A stretch of DNA of 64,000 nucleotides. It comes from Malacoraja senta. Its lineage: Eukaryota. Positions 11,232 through 24,014 of this stretch are shown one piece after another. The notes under the pieces are model-generated. The model had not been told where the DNA came from. It was given only the letters and a program-made list of their open reading frames with translations, and made no database searches. The number at the start of each line of letters is the position of its first letter. Within the stretch, counting starts at the first letter, position 1. The position numbers were made by a program, and so were the translations under genes. The stretch spans positions 22,942,001 through 23,006,000 of the forward strand of contig CM075987.1 in NCBI GenBank assembly GCA_038087875.1. Reading direction: 5' to 3'.

Positions 11232-12550
11232 GTGAGTACCCGGGGCCGGTGCGGGAGCGGGGTGTGTGAGTACCCGGGGCCGGTGCGGGAGCGGGGTGTG
11301 TGAGTACCCGGGGCCGGTGCGGGAGCGGGGTGTGAGTACCCGGGGCCGGTGCGGGAGCGGGGTGTGAGTACCCGGGGCCGGTGCGGGAGCGGGGTGTGTG
11401 AGTACCCGGGGCCGGTGCGGGAGCGGTGCGGGGTGTGTGAGTACCCGGGGCCGGTGCGGGAGCGGGGTGTGAGTACCCGGGGCCGGTGCGGGAGCGGGGT
11501 GTGTGAGTACCCGGGGCCGGTGCGGGAGCGGGGTGTGTGAGTACCCGGGGCCGGTGCGGGAGCGGTGCGGGGTGTGTGAGTACCCGGGGCCGGTGCGGGA
11601 GCGGTGCGGGGTGTGTGAGTACCCGGGGCCGGTGCGGGAGCGGGGTGTGTGAGTACCCGGGGCCGGTGCGGGAGCGGTGCGGGGTGTGTGAGTACCCGGG
11701 GCCGGTGCGGGAGCGGTGCGGGGTGTGTGAGTACCCGGGGCCGGTGCGGGAGCGGGGTGTGTGAGTACCCGGGGCCGGTGCGGGAGCGGTGCGGGGTGTG
11801 TGAGTACCCGGGGCCGGTGCGGGAGCGGTGCGGGGTGTGTGAGTACCCGGGGCACGGGGCCGGTGTGGGGTGTGTGAGTACCCGGGGCCGGTGCGGGAGC
11901 GGTGCGGGGTGTGTGAGTACACGGGGCCGGTGCGGGAGCGGTGCGGGGTGTGTGAGTACCCGGGGCCGGTGCGGGAGCAGTGCGGGGTGTGTGAGTACAC
12001 GGGGCCGGTGCGGGAGCGGTGTGGGGTGTGTGAGTACCCGGGGCCGGTGCGGGAGCGGTGCGGGGTGTGTGAGTACACGGGGCCGGTGCGGGAGCGGTGC
12101 GGGGTGTGTGAGTACCCGGGGCCGGTGCGGGAGCGGTGCGGGGTGTGTGAGTACACGGGGCACGGGGCCGGTGTGGGGTGTGTGAGTACCCGGGGCCGGT
12201 GCGGGAGCGGTGCGGGGTGTGTGAGTACCCGGGCCGGTGCGGGAGCGGTGCGGGGTGTGTGAGTACACGGGGCACGGGGCCGGTGTGGGGTGTGTGAGTA
12301 CCCGGGGCCGGTGCGGGAGCGGTGCGGGGTGTGTGAGTACCCGGGGCCGGTGCGGGAGCGGGGTGTGTGAGTACCCGGGGCCGGTGCGGGAGCGGTGCGG
12401 GGTGTGTGAGTACACGGGGCACGGGGCTGGTGTGGGGTGTGTGAGTACCCGGGGCCGGTGCGGGAGCGGTGCGGGGTGTGTGAGTACACGGGGCCGGTGC
12501 GGGAGCGGTGCGGGGTGTGTGAGTACCCGGGGCTGAGGCCGGTGTGGGGG
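11224..12550 (+). repeat. GC-rich minisatellite (32-39 nt units) at start of CACFD1 intron 1, copy A
   Basis: Roughly 35 units of GTGAGTACCCGGGGCCGGTGCGGGAGCGG(TGCGG)GGTGT. Confidence 0.97.
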
Positions 12551-14210
12551 GTTCCTGTCTACAGGCTGGAGCTTGACCAGTTGGCTGATTGCACCAAAGA
12601 GCGAGTGTTAAACTTGTTCCCTGCACTGTGATCAAACCAACATGTCCCATGGGCTGTCTAGAAACATAGAAACATAGAAAATAGGTGCAGGAATAGGCCA
12701 TTCGGCCCTTCGAGCCTGCACCGCCATTCAATATGATCATGGCTGATCATCCAACTCAGTATCCTGTACCTGCCTTCTCTCCATACCCCCTTATCCCTTT
12801 AGCCACAAGGGCCACATCTAACTCCTTCTTAAATATAGCTAGATCCAGTGTGTCAAGTCAAATTACTTTTATTTATATAGCACATTTAAAATTTAAAAAA
12901 CAACTCTCGTTGGCCAAAGTGCTTTACATTGGTGTAATAATAGTGTGCCCAGCTCAGATTGAAGCACCTTTCTCTGGCAGTCCCCAAGAAGGTGTGTTCA
13001 AGAAGGAACTGCAGATGCTGGAAAATCGAAGGTAGACAAAAGTGCTGGAGAAACTCAGCGGGTGCGGCAGCATCTATGGAGCGAAGGAAATGGGCAACGT
13101 TTCTATTTCCTTCGCTCCATAGATGCTGCCGCACCCGCTGAGCTTCTCCAGCACTTTTGTCTACCCCTGAGAAGGTGTGTTGGATAGCCAGTATTTCCGT
13201 GCTTAGCGAGGGAGATGCTGATCAGCACCTTATTTCTTATTATTTAAAACCCTCAGTGTGTAGCAGAGGTTCATGTTTAGATGGGACCGTGTTGCTGTAA
13301 CGATGTCATAACTGTTTCCGTTTATTTCTGAGCTGCTTATTTCACCCCGGGTTTATTACAGTCTACTGATTGTTGCACTGTCTAGTCGTCTGTGCATGTG
13401 CCCACTTGCAAAATTAACTGTTTTTTTTAATCCTCAATGGAGTTGCGTACACTATTAGACTATCAATGCACACTGGATGATTGTATTTGCAGATCTTGGG
13501 CATGTATTCAATGCCTCAAACTACCTCGTTTTTGTACAAACAGGGCCTGTTTCCATACTGTATCTCTCTGACACTGCTGCCATTCATTGGATTGCTACCT
13601 AGAGTTTAGTGTGTTGAAAAGTGCAGCTATAGTTACTGGCAAAAATCTGTTTAGAAAATTACCTGATTAAATTGAAAGCAAATTGCATACAATTGATTTG
13701 ACAGATAGTGGAATTTATTGCTCTACTATTGTCATGTTTACCAAGGTTGGGATCACTCTTGTTTTATCCAGGCAGATCACCTCATGAGTAGAACAGGTTT
13801 TGCAAGAGAGGAAAATAGAATGCAGCATATAAAGTCAGGGCTGCAGAGAAAGTGCAGATAAAAATAAAGTGCAAGGAGTGCAGTGATGTAGATTGGAAGA
13901 TCAGGAATAGATACATAGCGCATGACCATTCAAGAGTCTGATAATAGTAAGGGAAAATCTTTCTGAATCTGGTGATATGTGCTTTCATCATTTAGTATCC
14001 TCCACACATGATAATTTACATTTATACCAAGCCAATTAACCTACAAACCTGTACGTCTTTGGAATGTGGGAGGAAACCAAAGATCTCGGAGATCTTTGGA
14101 AAATCCACGCGGTCACCCAAACCCATACAGACAGCACCGGCAGTCGGGATCTGGCAACTGTAAGGCAGCAACTCTGCCGCTGCGCCACCGTGCCGCCCGA
14201 CCAAGGGAAG

Positions 14211-14410
14211 NNNNNNNNNNNNNNNNNNNNNNNNNNNNNNNNNNNNNNNNNNNNNNNNNNNNNNNNNNNNNNNNNNNNNNNNNNNNNNNNNNNNNNNNNN
14301 NNNNNNNNNNNNNNNNNNNNNNNNNNNNNNNNNNNNNNNNNNNNNNNNNNNNNNNNNNNNNNNNNNNNNNNNNNNNNNNNNNNNNNNNNNNNNNNNNNNN
14401 NNNNNNNNNN
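14211..14410. other. Assembly gap (200 N)
   Basis: Run of exactly 200 n. Confidence 1.
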
Positions 14411-14463
14411 GGACAGGGCCCGGACAAGGCCGGACAGCGAGTGCCCCCTCCCCCGTGTCCACA

Positions 14464-14608
14464 ATGCCGAGCTCGGAGGACGCCAGCGCCGAGCCCGGGG
14501 CCGAGGATGCGGCCGTGGCCGGTTCGGCGCAGGGCGGCGGCGGCGGCGACGGGATGACCTGGTGGTATCGCTGGCTGTGCCGGTTCGCGGCTGTGATCGG
14601 CGGGGTGT
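14464..14608 (+). CDS. CACFD1: CACFD1 exon 1, copy B
   Basis: Same sequence as 11087-11231. Confidence 0.85.
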
Positions 14609-15600
14609 GTGAGTACCCGGGGCCGGTGCGGGATGGGAGCGGGGTGTGTGAGTACCCGGGGCCGGTGCGGGATGGGAGCGGGGTGTGTGAGTACCCGGGG
14701 CCGGTGCGGGGTGTGTGAGTACCCGGGGCCGGTGCGGGGTGTGTGAGTACCCGGGGCCGGTGCGGGATGGGAGCGGGGTGTGTGAGTACCCGGGGCCGGT
14801 GCGGGGTGTGTGAGTACCCGGGGCCGGTGCGGGGTGTGTGAGTACCCGGGGCCGGTGCGGGAGCGGTGCGGGGTGTGTGAGTACACGGGGCACGGGGCCG
14901 GTGTGGGGTGTGTGAGTACCCGGGGCCGGTGCGGGAGCGGTGCGGGGTGTGTGAGTACCCGGGGCCGGTGCGGGATGGGAGCGGGGTGTGTGAGTACCCG
15001 GGGCCGGTGCGGGAGCGGGGTGTGTGAGTACCCGGGGCCGGTGCGGGATGGGAGCGGGGTGTGTGAGTACCCGGGGCCGGTGCGGGGGTGGTGTGAGTAC
15101 CCGGGGCCGGTGCGGGATGGGGAGCGGGGTGTGTGAGTACCCGGGGCCGGTGTGGGGTGTGTGAGTACCCGGGGCCGGTGCGGGATGGGAGCGGGGTGTG
15201 TGAGTACCCGGGGCACGGGGCCGGTGTGGGGTGTGTGAGTACCCGGGGCCGGTGCGGGAGCGGTGCGGGGTGTGTGAGTACCCGGGGCCGGTGTGGGGTG
15301 TGTGAGTACCCGGGCCGGTGCGGGAGCGGGGTGTGTGAGTACCCGGGGCCGGTGCGGGAGCGGTGCGGGGTGTGTGAGTACCCGGGGCCGGTGCGGGATG
15401 GGAGCGGGGTGTGTGAGTACCCGGGGCCGGTGCGGGAGCGGTGCGGGGTGTGTGAGTACCCGGGGCCGGTGCGGGAGCGGTGCGGGGTGTGTGAGTACCC
15501 GGGGCCGGTGCGGGATGGGAGCGGGGTGTGTGAGTACCCGGGGCCGGTGCGGGAGCGGTGCGGGGTGTGTGAGTACCCGGGGCCGGGGACGGTGTGGGGG
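14601..15600 (+). repeat. Minisatellite copy B (different VNTR allele)
   Basis: Same core but shorter; contains GCGGGATGGGAGCGG and 29-nt unit variants that I did not see in copy A. Confidence 0.95.
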
Positions 15601-18600
15601 GTTCCTGTCTATAGGCTGGAGCTTGACCAGTTGGCTGATTGCACCAAAGAGCGAGTGTTAAACTTGTTCCCTGCACTGTGATCAAACCAACATGTCCCAT
15701 GGGCTGTCTAGAAACATAGAAAAATAGAAAATAGGTGCAGGAGTAGGCCATTCGGCCCTTCGAGCCTGCACCGCCATTCAATATGATCATGGCTGATCAT
15801 CCAACTCAGTATCCTGTACCTGCCTTCTCTCCATACCCCCTTATCCCTTTAGCCACAAGGGCCACATCTAACTCCCTCTTAAATATAGCTAGATCCAGTG
15901 TGTCAAGTCAAATTACTTTTATTTATATAGCACATTTAAAATTTAAAAAACAACTCTCGTTGGCCAAAGTGCTTTACATTGGTGTAATAATAGTGTGCCC
16001 AGCTCAGATTGAAGCACCTTTCTCTGGCAGTCCCCAAGAAGGTGTGTTCAAGAAGGAACTGCAGATGCTGGAAAATCGAAGGTAGACAAAAGTGCTGGAG
16101 AAACTCAGCGGGTGCGGCAGCATCTATGGAGCGAAGGAAATGGGCAACGTTTCTATTTCCTTCGCTCCATAGATGCTGCCGCACCCGCTGAGCTTCTCCA
16201 GCACTTTTGTCTACCCCTGAGAAGGTGTGTTGGATAGCCAGTATTTCCGTGCTTAGCGAGGGAGATGCTGATCAGCACCTTATTTCTTATTATTTAAAAC
16301 CCTCAGTGTGTAGCAGAGGTTCATGTTTAGATGGGACCGTGTTGCTGTAACGATGTCATAACTGTTTCCGTTTATTTCTGAGCTGCTTATTTCACCCCGG
16401 GTTTGATTACAGTCTACTGATTGTTGCACTGTCTAGTCGTCTGTGCATGTGCCCACTTGCAAAATTAACTGTTTTTTTTAATCCTCAATGGAGTTGCGTA
16501 CACTATTAGACTATCAATGCACACTGGATGATTGTATTTGCAGATCTTGGGCATGTATTCAATGCCTCAAACTACCTCGTTTTTGTACAAACAGGGCCTG
16601 TTTCCATACTGTATCTCTCTGACACTGCTGCCATTCATTGGATTGCTACCTAGAGTTTTAGTGTGTTGAAAAGTGCAGCTATAGTTACTGGCAAAAATCT
16701 GTTTAGAAAATTACCTGATTAAATTGAAAGCAAATTGCATACAATTGATTTGACAGATAGTGGAATTTATTGCTCTACTATTGTCATGTTTACCAAGGTT
16801 GGGATCACTCTTGTTTTATCCAGGCAGATCACCTCATGAGTAGAACAGGTTTTGCAAGAGAGGAAAATAGAATGCAGCATATAAAGTCAGGGCTGCAGAG
16901 AAAGTGCAGATAAAAATAAAGTGCAAGGAGTGCAGTGATGTAGATTGGAAGATCAGGAATAGATACATAGCGCATGACCATTCAAGAGTCTGATAATAGT
17001 AAGGGAAAATCTTTCTGAATCTGGTGATATGTGCTTTCATCACCACACATGATAATTTACATTTATACCAAGCCAATTAACCTACAAACCTGTACGTCTT
17101 TGGAATGTGGGAGGAAACCAAAGATCTCGGAGATCTTTGGAAAATCCACGCGGTCACCCAAACTCCATACAGACAGCACCGGCAGTCGGGATCTGGCAAC
17201 TGTAAGGCAGCAACTCTGCCGCTGCGCCACCGTGCCGCCCGACCAAGGGAAGATGCTATGGAACTAGTAAAGGACGATCCAGCAGACAATCTCAACAGGC
17301 TCTTCCTGCACCCTTGCTCTACTGTTAAGAATTCCCACATGGAGCAGTGCATGGAGAACCAAGGTGAAAGGGTAGGCCACGTTGGTAGTCTCAGTATCCA
17401 GGAACATTGCTGTTAGCTAAGATCCTTCAGAAAAACCATTTTAGTCAGCTGTGTTAGTACAGCTAGTAAGGCTTGGACTTGTAATGCATCCAAAAAGACC
17501 TGCCTTCGACTTGAAGGATCAAATGGCTGCCTCCTGGTATATTATTATGAGAGGTATATTCATGTCTTGAATAGATTAGAGAGGGTAGTCAGCTAATGCT
17601 GAATGTAGGTTAGCAACTCTTGTGGGGGTGAGGGAGATAGATGAGGGAGGGGGTGGTAGGGGAGGGAAGGGATAGTTGGGGGCAAGGTGGGGAGGAGAGG
17701 GAAGTGTGCAACTTGTTGTGTCCTCAAGAAAAATGGCTCACAATGATACCACTGGTCCTCAATCATTGATTTTTAACCACAGAATTGAGCTGCGGAAGTA
17801 TTATCTGTTGTTGTTGTTGTGCTTGGAGCCACCGTTCTCTGAATTATATGCGTTGTTTTCACCTCTTTTTGCGCAAAGTTAAGGTAACAGGATAATTCTG
17901 GAACGTATTGGATCATTCTTGGTGCTGGGCTCTTTACACAAAGGAACGTCACTAAAATGGAGCATTCAAATATGTTTAAATGTTTTATTGGCCATTGCAC
18001 TCTTATCATTTTTGCTCAAATTCTGAAGAGAAAGGTGTGATTAAGGACAGGCTGTAACACGGCAAGAATATGTTGGATTGGGGGAGGTAACTGGGGAACT
18101 GATGGCTGACTCATTGCCCTGTGTTAAAGGTATTCCACCAGCTATTCCTTGGACTATGATACTCAACCTTGGGGACAGGCAGCTTGTGCATATTTAACAA
18201 GATGTTTTTCTATAATTCAGTAGCGGTAATTGGATCCAAATATACACAGTGGATGAGTAGTGGATTTTACCATGTAGGTGGATAGGATTCTTCTTCTTCC
18301 CTCGTCCTTCTGAGTTATGTAACACAAATTAAAGATAGTAAATATTTTTCTCAATTATTTAGTGTACTTAGGAGAACATACAATGCAGAAACACGCCATG
18401 GAAGTAATTGTCAACACTTGACCAACCTGTTCCACATATTTTGCACCTATTCCTTCAATATATTCATTGAACAGTACAGCACAGCAACTGGCCCTTCAAC
18501 CCACAACATCCACACTGAATATGATGCCTAGTTAAACTAATTTCTGCCTACACATGATCCCTATTCCTCCCCCCCCCCCCCCCCCCCCCCCCCCATTCCT

Positions 18601-20388
18601 TGAATTTCCATGTGCCAATCCAAAAGCCTCTTAACTGCCACTATCATATCTGCCTCCACCACCACCCCTAGCAGTGTGTTCTAGGCACCCACCACCCTTT
18701 GTGTGAACAACTTGTCCCACGCATCTCCTTCACATCATGAACTTGTTTAATTTGCCCTCAAAAGAAAGCAGGAGATAGACGTCCCAAAATCAAGCAAGCA
18801 GTTTGTTGAAATGTCATAACACTTGTAATGTGGGTAATGCAGGTATCCTGGTAACTTGTTCAGTCACATTGAATGAGTGATTAATGATGGTCTGAGCCCC
18901 TGTCGAAAGTCCAGCAGAGCCAGTGGATTTTTAATGTCCAGCTGTAAAGTCCATCTCAGCCACAAAGTGTAGTTCCACATTTTCACTACGCCAAGTATTG
19001 ATGTCAATCTAGGAAAGATAAGATTGGATTAATTCCCTCGGTTATTGGTCAACTTTATTTTGGTTGTTACGGCACCTCTGTTTAGACTTTAGAGATACAG
19101 TGTGAAAACGGGCCCTTTGGCTCACTGAGACCATGCAAACCAACGATCACCCTGTACACTAACACTATCCTGCACTAAGGACAATTTACAGAAGCCAATT
19201 AACCTACAAACCTGTATGTCTTTGGAGTGTGGGAGGAAACTGGAGCCAGGGGAGAAGGTACAAACTCCATTCAGACAGCACCCATAGACGGGATTGATCC
19301 CGAGTCTCATCACTGTGTGCCACTGTGCCACTCTGTTAAGCACATTGCCCATAAATGAACAAGAAGACACTGGATAGTAACCAGAGAGACTAATACACAG
19401 GACAGCACAAACAATAGGAGGAGCCGCTTTCTTTTACATCTGGTGCCCACCAAGGATCTGCTCTTGGACTCTGGTCTTTCATTGCCATACCTGCTCTCTG
19501 CAGGTGGGACCTTCTGAGAATTGAATCTTGAGTCTTGAATCAATAATTGAGAATCAACACTCTAACCCCAAATGAGATCTATTTTATTGCAACTGAAATG
19601 TGGTGCAGGCCACAACTGGTGGGGGAGATGTTAGGACTGTCAGAGATTATAACAGCTGGCTGGGAGAGTACTTTTACTAGCTTTAAGGTTGTGAAGGAAA
19701 GACTGGCTGCATCTGTACAACTCACCACATGTCCTTGAAGGCCCATATTATTCCAGCCAACGATGCCCATGTGAAATTTGAACATTACTGGAAGGAAAAA
19801 AAAATACATTGCAGCTAATTAGCAAACAGCAATCTCTTACAAACAGCACCCTGTGTGTGAAGTTGGTTAAAAGATAAGTAGAAGAAACACTCCTGCTCTT
19901 CATGTTAAGTGTTTGCATGTGCCAGTGACAGCAGTCGTGGCCATCGTTTAATGTCAGAAGAAGGGTCCCAACCCCAAACGTCATGTGTCATTCGCTTCGT
20001 AGATACTGCCTGACCCGCTGAGTTCTTCCAGCACTTTGTGTTTTGCTGAAGATTCCAGCATCTGCAGTTCCTTGTGCCTTCGTGGTTTGACGTCTCCTGC
20101 ATGAGCTCGCCTCCAGTAAGCACCATTATCTCGGTGTTGTCCCCTGGGGTTATTCATATTATGGGCAGTGTGTGGTGTTTTGAGCCCATGAGCTTCTGTC
20201 TCTGTGTTAGGAGCCACATGGATAGCTCTCTGCAGTGAGTCTGGAACTAAACATAACTGGGAGGAGAGGACTAATGGATATTTGTAATTGATGGTTACAT
20301 GACCTAGAAAGTGCAGTGGTGTTCTAGTGATAATCCTACGTGACAACAGAGGCTGGGATCGGTTTTATTATCCTCCTGTCACAACTGA

Positions 20389-20487
<99 letters not shown>

Positions 20488-21341
20488 TAAGTACCTGCAC
20501 GCAGCAGCCCTGCTCACTGTGGAAAGAATACCTTGAGGTCTTGTTTTGGGAGTGGGTTTATGTGCGCGGTTGAGCTTGTGTAATCCCCCACCCCACCACC
20601 TTGCAGGAAACTATCAGATTGGTTCTTATTCTCTATTACACTTAAAAGAAAAGATTGATCAATGTGCCAAAGAACAATATCAGAGCACCCATTCCCTGCT
20701 TCACCAACTGGGCCATTTTTGCCAATACCCAACTCCCTTCATGTGTTGTCCCCAATTAATCCCTTGGCTTCTCAAGTTCTTCTCTTACCCTAATGTTTCT
20801 TACTCCTCTTCCAATCGCAAGCTTTTTCCCCTGTCTGTTTGCTACCATCTGTATAATAAAAATACATGCAAAGAGTCTACGTTTACTTTTGGAATACATG
20901 ACTTTTGGAGTCTGTTTCATATGCTGTAGAAATTGCACTATCCTTGTAATAGTTTTACCTGTGATTTGTTTCGGAACCCTGCTCTCCATTTCCAGAGAGG
21001 AACCGTTTATAAAGTGTCTCTGAGGCAAGTTGCCTTGCGTCCTTTAGATTGGAAACGCAAGGAACTGTAGATGCTGGAATCTTGAGTAATTCAATGGGCC
21101 AGGCAGCAGGACATGGATGGGTGACATGTTGGGACCCTTCTTCAGACTGGGTGATGTTTCGGGTCAGAACCTTATTCAGACTCTGGCGACGTTTCAAGTC
21201 AGGACTCTTCTTCAGACCGTTCAAAGTGTCTTGGGCCCCGCCCTGAAACATCACCTCTCCTTGTCCTCCAGAGATGCTGGCTGATCCACTGAGTTACTCC
21301 AGCACTTTGTCTTTTACCTTCGATTAGGTGCGCCTTTAAGG

Positions 21342-22120
21342 TAATAATAATAATAATAATAACTTTATTTATAGAGCACTTTAAAAACAACCACAGTTGC
21401 AACAAAGTGCTGTACATGACTAATCATGGACAAGAAATTATTACATAACAATAAAAACATTAAACGAAAGAGTAAAAACAATAAAATTAAAAACATTAAA
21501 AGCACTAAAAACAGGAGCAAAGTCTCAAGCAGTGTCAAAAGCCAAGGAATATAAATGTGTTTTAATACTGGTTTTGAAGATGGACAGTGAGGGGGCCTGG
21601 CTGATGTGCAACGGCAGGGTGTTCCAGAGTGCCGGAGCAGCAACAGAGAAGACTCTATCCCCTCTGAGCTTCCGCTTAGACCTCGGTACCTCCAGGAGCA
21701 GCTGATCAGCTGACCTGAGGCACCGGGCAGGAGCGTATGGGTGGGGCAGTTCAGAGAGGTAAGGCAGGGCGAGTCCATTTAGAGATTTAAAAGCAAATAA
21801 AAGAATTTTTAAATGAACTCGAAAGTGCACCGGGAGCCAGTGGAGGGAGGCCAGAATTGGCGTTATGTGCTCCCTCTTTCGTGTTCCAGTTAAAAGGTGA
21901 GCAGCAGCATTTTGAACCAACTGGAGACGAGCCAGTGAAGATCGTGCAACTCCAAAATAGAGTGCGTTACAGTAATCCAGCCTAGATGTAATAAAGGCAT
22001 GGATTACTGTTTCAAAATGCTGCCGCTCGAGAATGGGCTTCACCTTTGCCAGCTTCCTTAGGTGAAAGAAGCTGGACTTAACCACCGCGCCTATTTGATG
22101 ATCTAATTTAAAATCATCGT
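21342..22120 (-). mobile_element. L2-clade LINE, 5'-truncated
   Basis: 186-aa open frame SRLDYCNAL...LQLVQNAAA...HITPILASLHWLPV...GDRVFSVAAPALWNTLP; (TTA)n tail. Confidence 0.9.
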
Positions 22121-22347
22121 GTTGCCAAAAAAATGATGATACTGGTTCTGGAAATATACAAGATCTGTAAAGGTCACTTGGCTATCTCCACTGCAAGAAC
22201 AGGAATGGTGAATATATGCTACCTGGTGTTTTAGTGCCCTGACAACCTTTGCTACATTTTATTGAAGATGGCATTCTGTGTGCCAAATTAATCACAATGT
22301 TTCACACTCCTTGACAAAAGACATCTCTTATTTTCTGCATTTCATAG

Positions 22348-22737
<390 letters not shown>

Positions 22738-23904
22738 TAAGTGTACCGTGGGAGAGCTTTGTGGCAGCAGTCAATGACATTTGTATTGCTCATTGGTGTT
22801 GTAATTCATGTTTATCCTCATTGCGCTGTAACTCAGCGGGACAGGCAGCATCTCTGGAGAGAAGGGATGGGTGATGTTTCGGGTCGAGTTCCTTCAGAGA
22901 GTAATGTGTAACTGACCTATTGAGGTGATGATGGGTTTGGGGAATTAGCTGGTAGATGCTGTGGAGATTAGTCATGGACAGGATTGAAATTCGCCAGGTT
23001 ATAATCGCGTTCCAATAACCTACCAATACTCTGTCTTTTGTTCACAAATGGTTCAGCAACCTGCTGAAGGATCTATATGGCACTCGGCTTCCTTGAAATT
23101 CTTTGGTCTACCCCTCAAGTCTGGGTCACGGGTCAGAAAAAAAGCATGGCTTCATCAGTGTAATCTGTGGAACATTATTCTCCTTTCTTCTTTTTGAAAA
23201 GCAGTTGTTCGCCTAGTGCCACTTTATCAGTTACTTAATATAAATTGTATCAGCAGAGGGCATCAGTGCCCTCTTTATGCCCGATGCTTCAACCTTGTGG
23301 AGAAGTCTGTTGTGTGGCACTTTATCAAAAGCCTTCTGGAAGTCTGTGTGCACCACATTGCCTGTGGCTCTCATCAATTCTGACCATTATCTCATTTTTA
23401 AAAACTCTTTATCAAATTCGTTAAACACAATCTCCTTTTATAAACCTGTGCTAGCTTCCCATTTTCCTTTTATCTCCCAGGTAATGATTAATCCTTCTCT
23501 AGCTCAGTGTTTTTAAATGCGTTCCCACCTCAGAGGTGAACTTGTCTCAGCTGTTGTCGCTGGGGTTACTCAGAACAATGGAGTAAGTAACATTTACTTT
23601 CCAGTCCTCTGGCATCACTCCTCCCCATTGTTCTCTGCTTATTGAACACTATTTTGTTTTCTCTCGCCTAATTTTGAGGAGGGTCTCTCTCAGACCAGAA
23701 CTGCTAACTGTTTCTCTTCCCACAGGCGCTGCCTGATCCGAATGTTTCCAGCATTTTCTGTTATTATTTTAGATTTCCAGCATCGATAGTTTTTCCTGAT
23801 TTTCAATGTGTCTGTGGGACTTCTTCCAGAACTTAAGTGAAATATTCCACCCATCCTGGTTTCCAGAATGTCAAGTGAATCTTTATTTTTCTCTTCCCCC
23901 ACAG

Positions 23905-24014
23905 GATAGCAATATTCCCCAGTTTTACTGCGATTTTCATTCACTACGCTCTTTGGGGAATGCAATTGCTTTTGCTTCAGGTGTGCTCTATGGACTTGCA
24001 TCGCTTGGCAAAAA
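23905..24014 (+). CDS. CACFD1: CACFD1 exon 4 (two apparent +1 homopolymer indels as assembled)
   Basis: cacag|G ATA GCA...AAA AA|gtgagt, 110 nt; removing one C (ttcccc) and one T/G (tttgggg) gives IAIFPVLLRFSFTTL[L/F]GNAIAFASGVLYGLASLGKK. Confidence 0.88.

Larger units (their letters stand above)
14411..17252 (+). repeat. Near-identical second copy of about 11035-14210 (probable haplotype overlap across gap)
   Basis: Non-repeat sequence matches except a few SNPs and indels; copy A ends exactly at the gap and copy B starts exactly after it. Confidence 0.92.

Noticed and set aside
11224..12550. Regular repeats superficially like a CRISPR array
   Set aside because: No unique spacers, no cas genes, and vertebrate intron context; the same applies to 54700-55410.
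10756..15790. Long Pro/His/Thr-rich minus-strand ORFs of 370-600 aa
   Set aside because: Open in all three frames only because the minisatellite lacks stops on that strand; no domain content.
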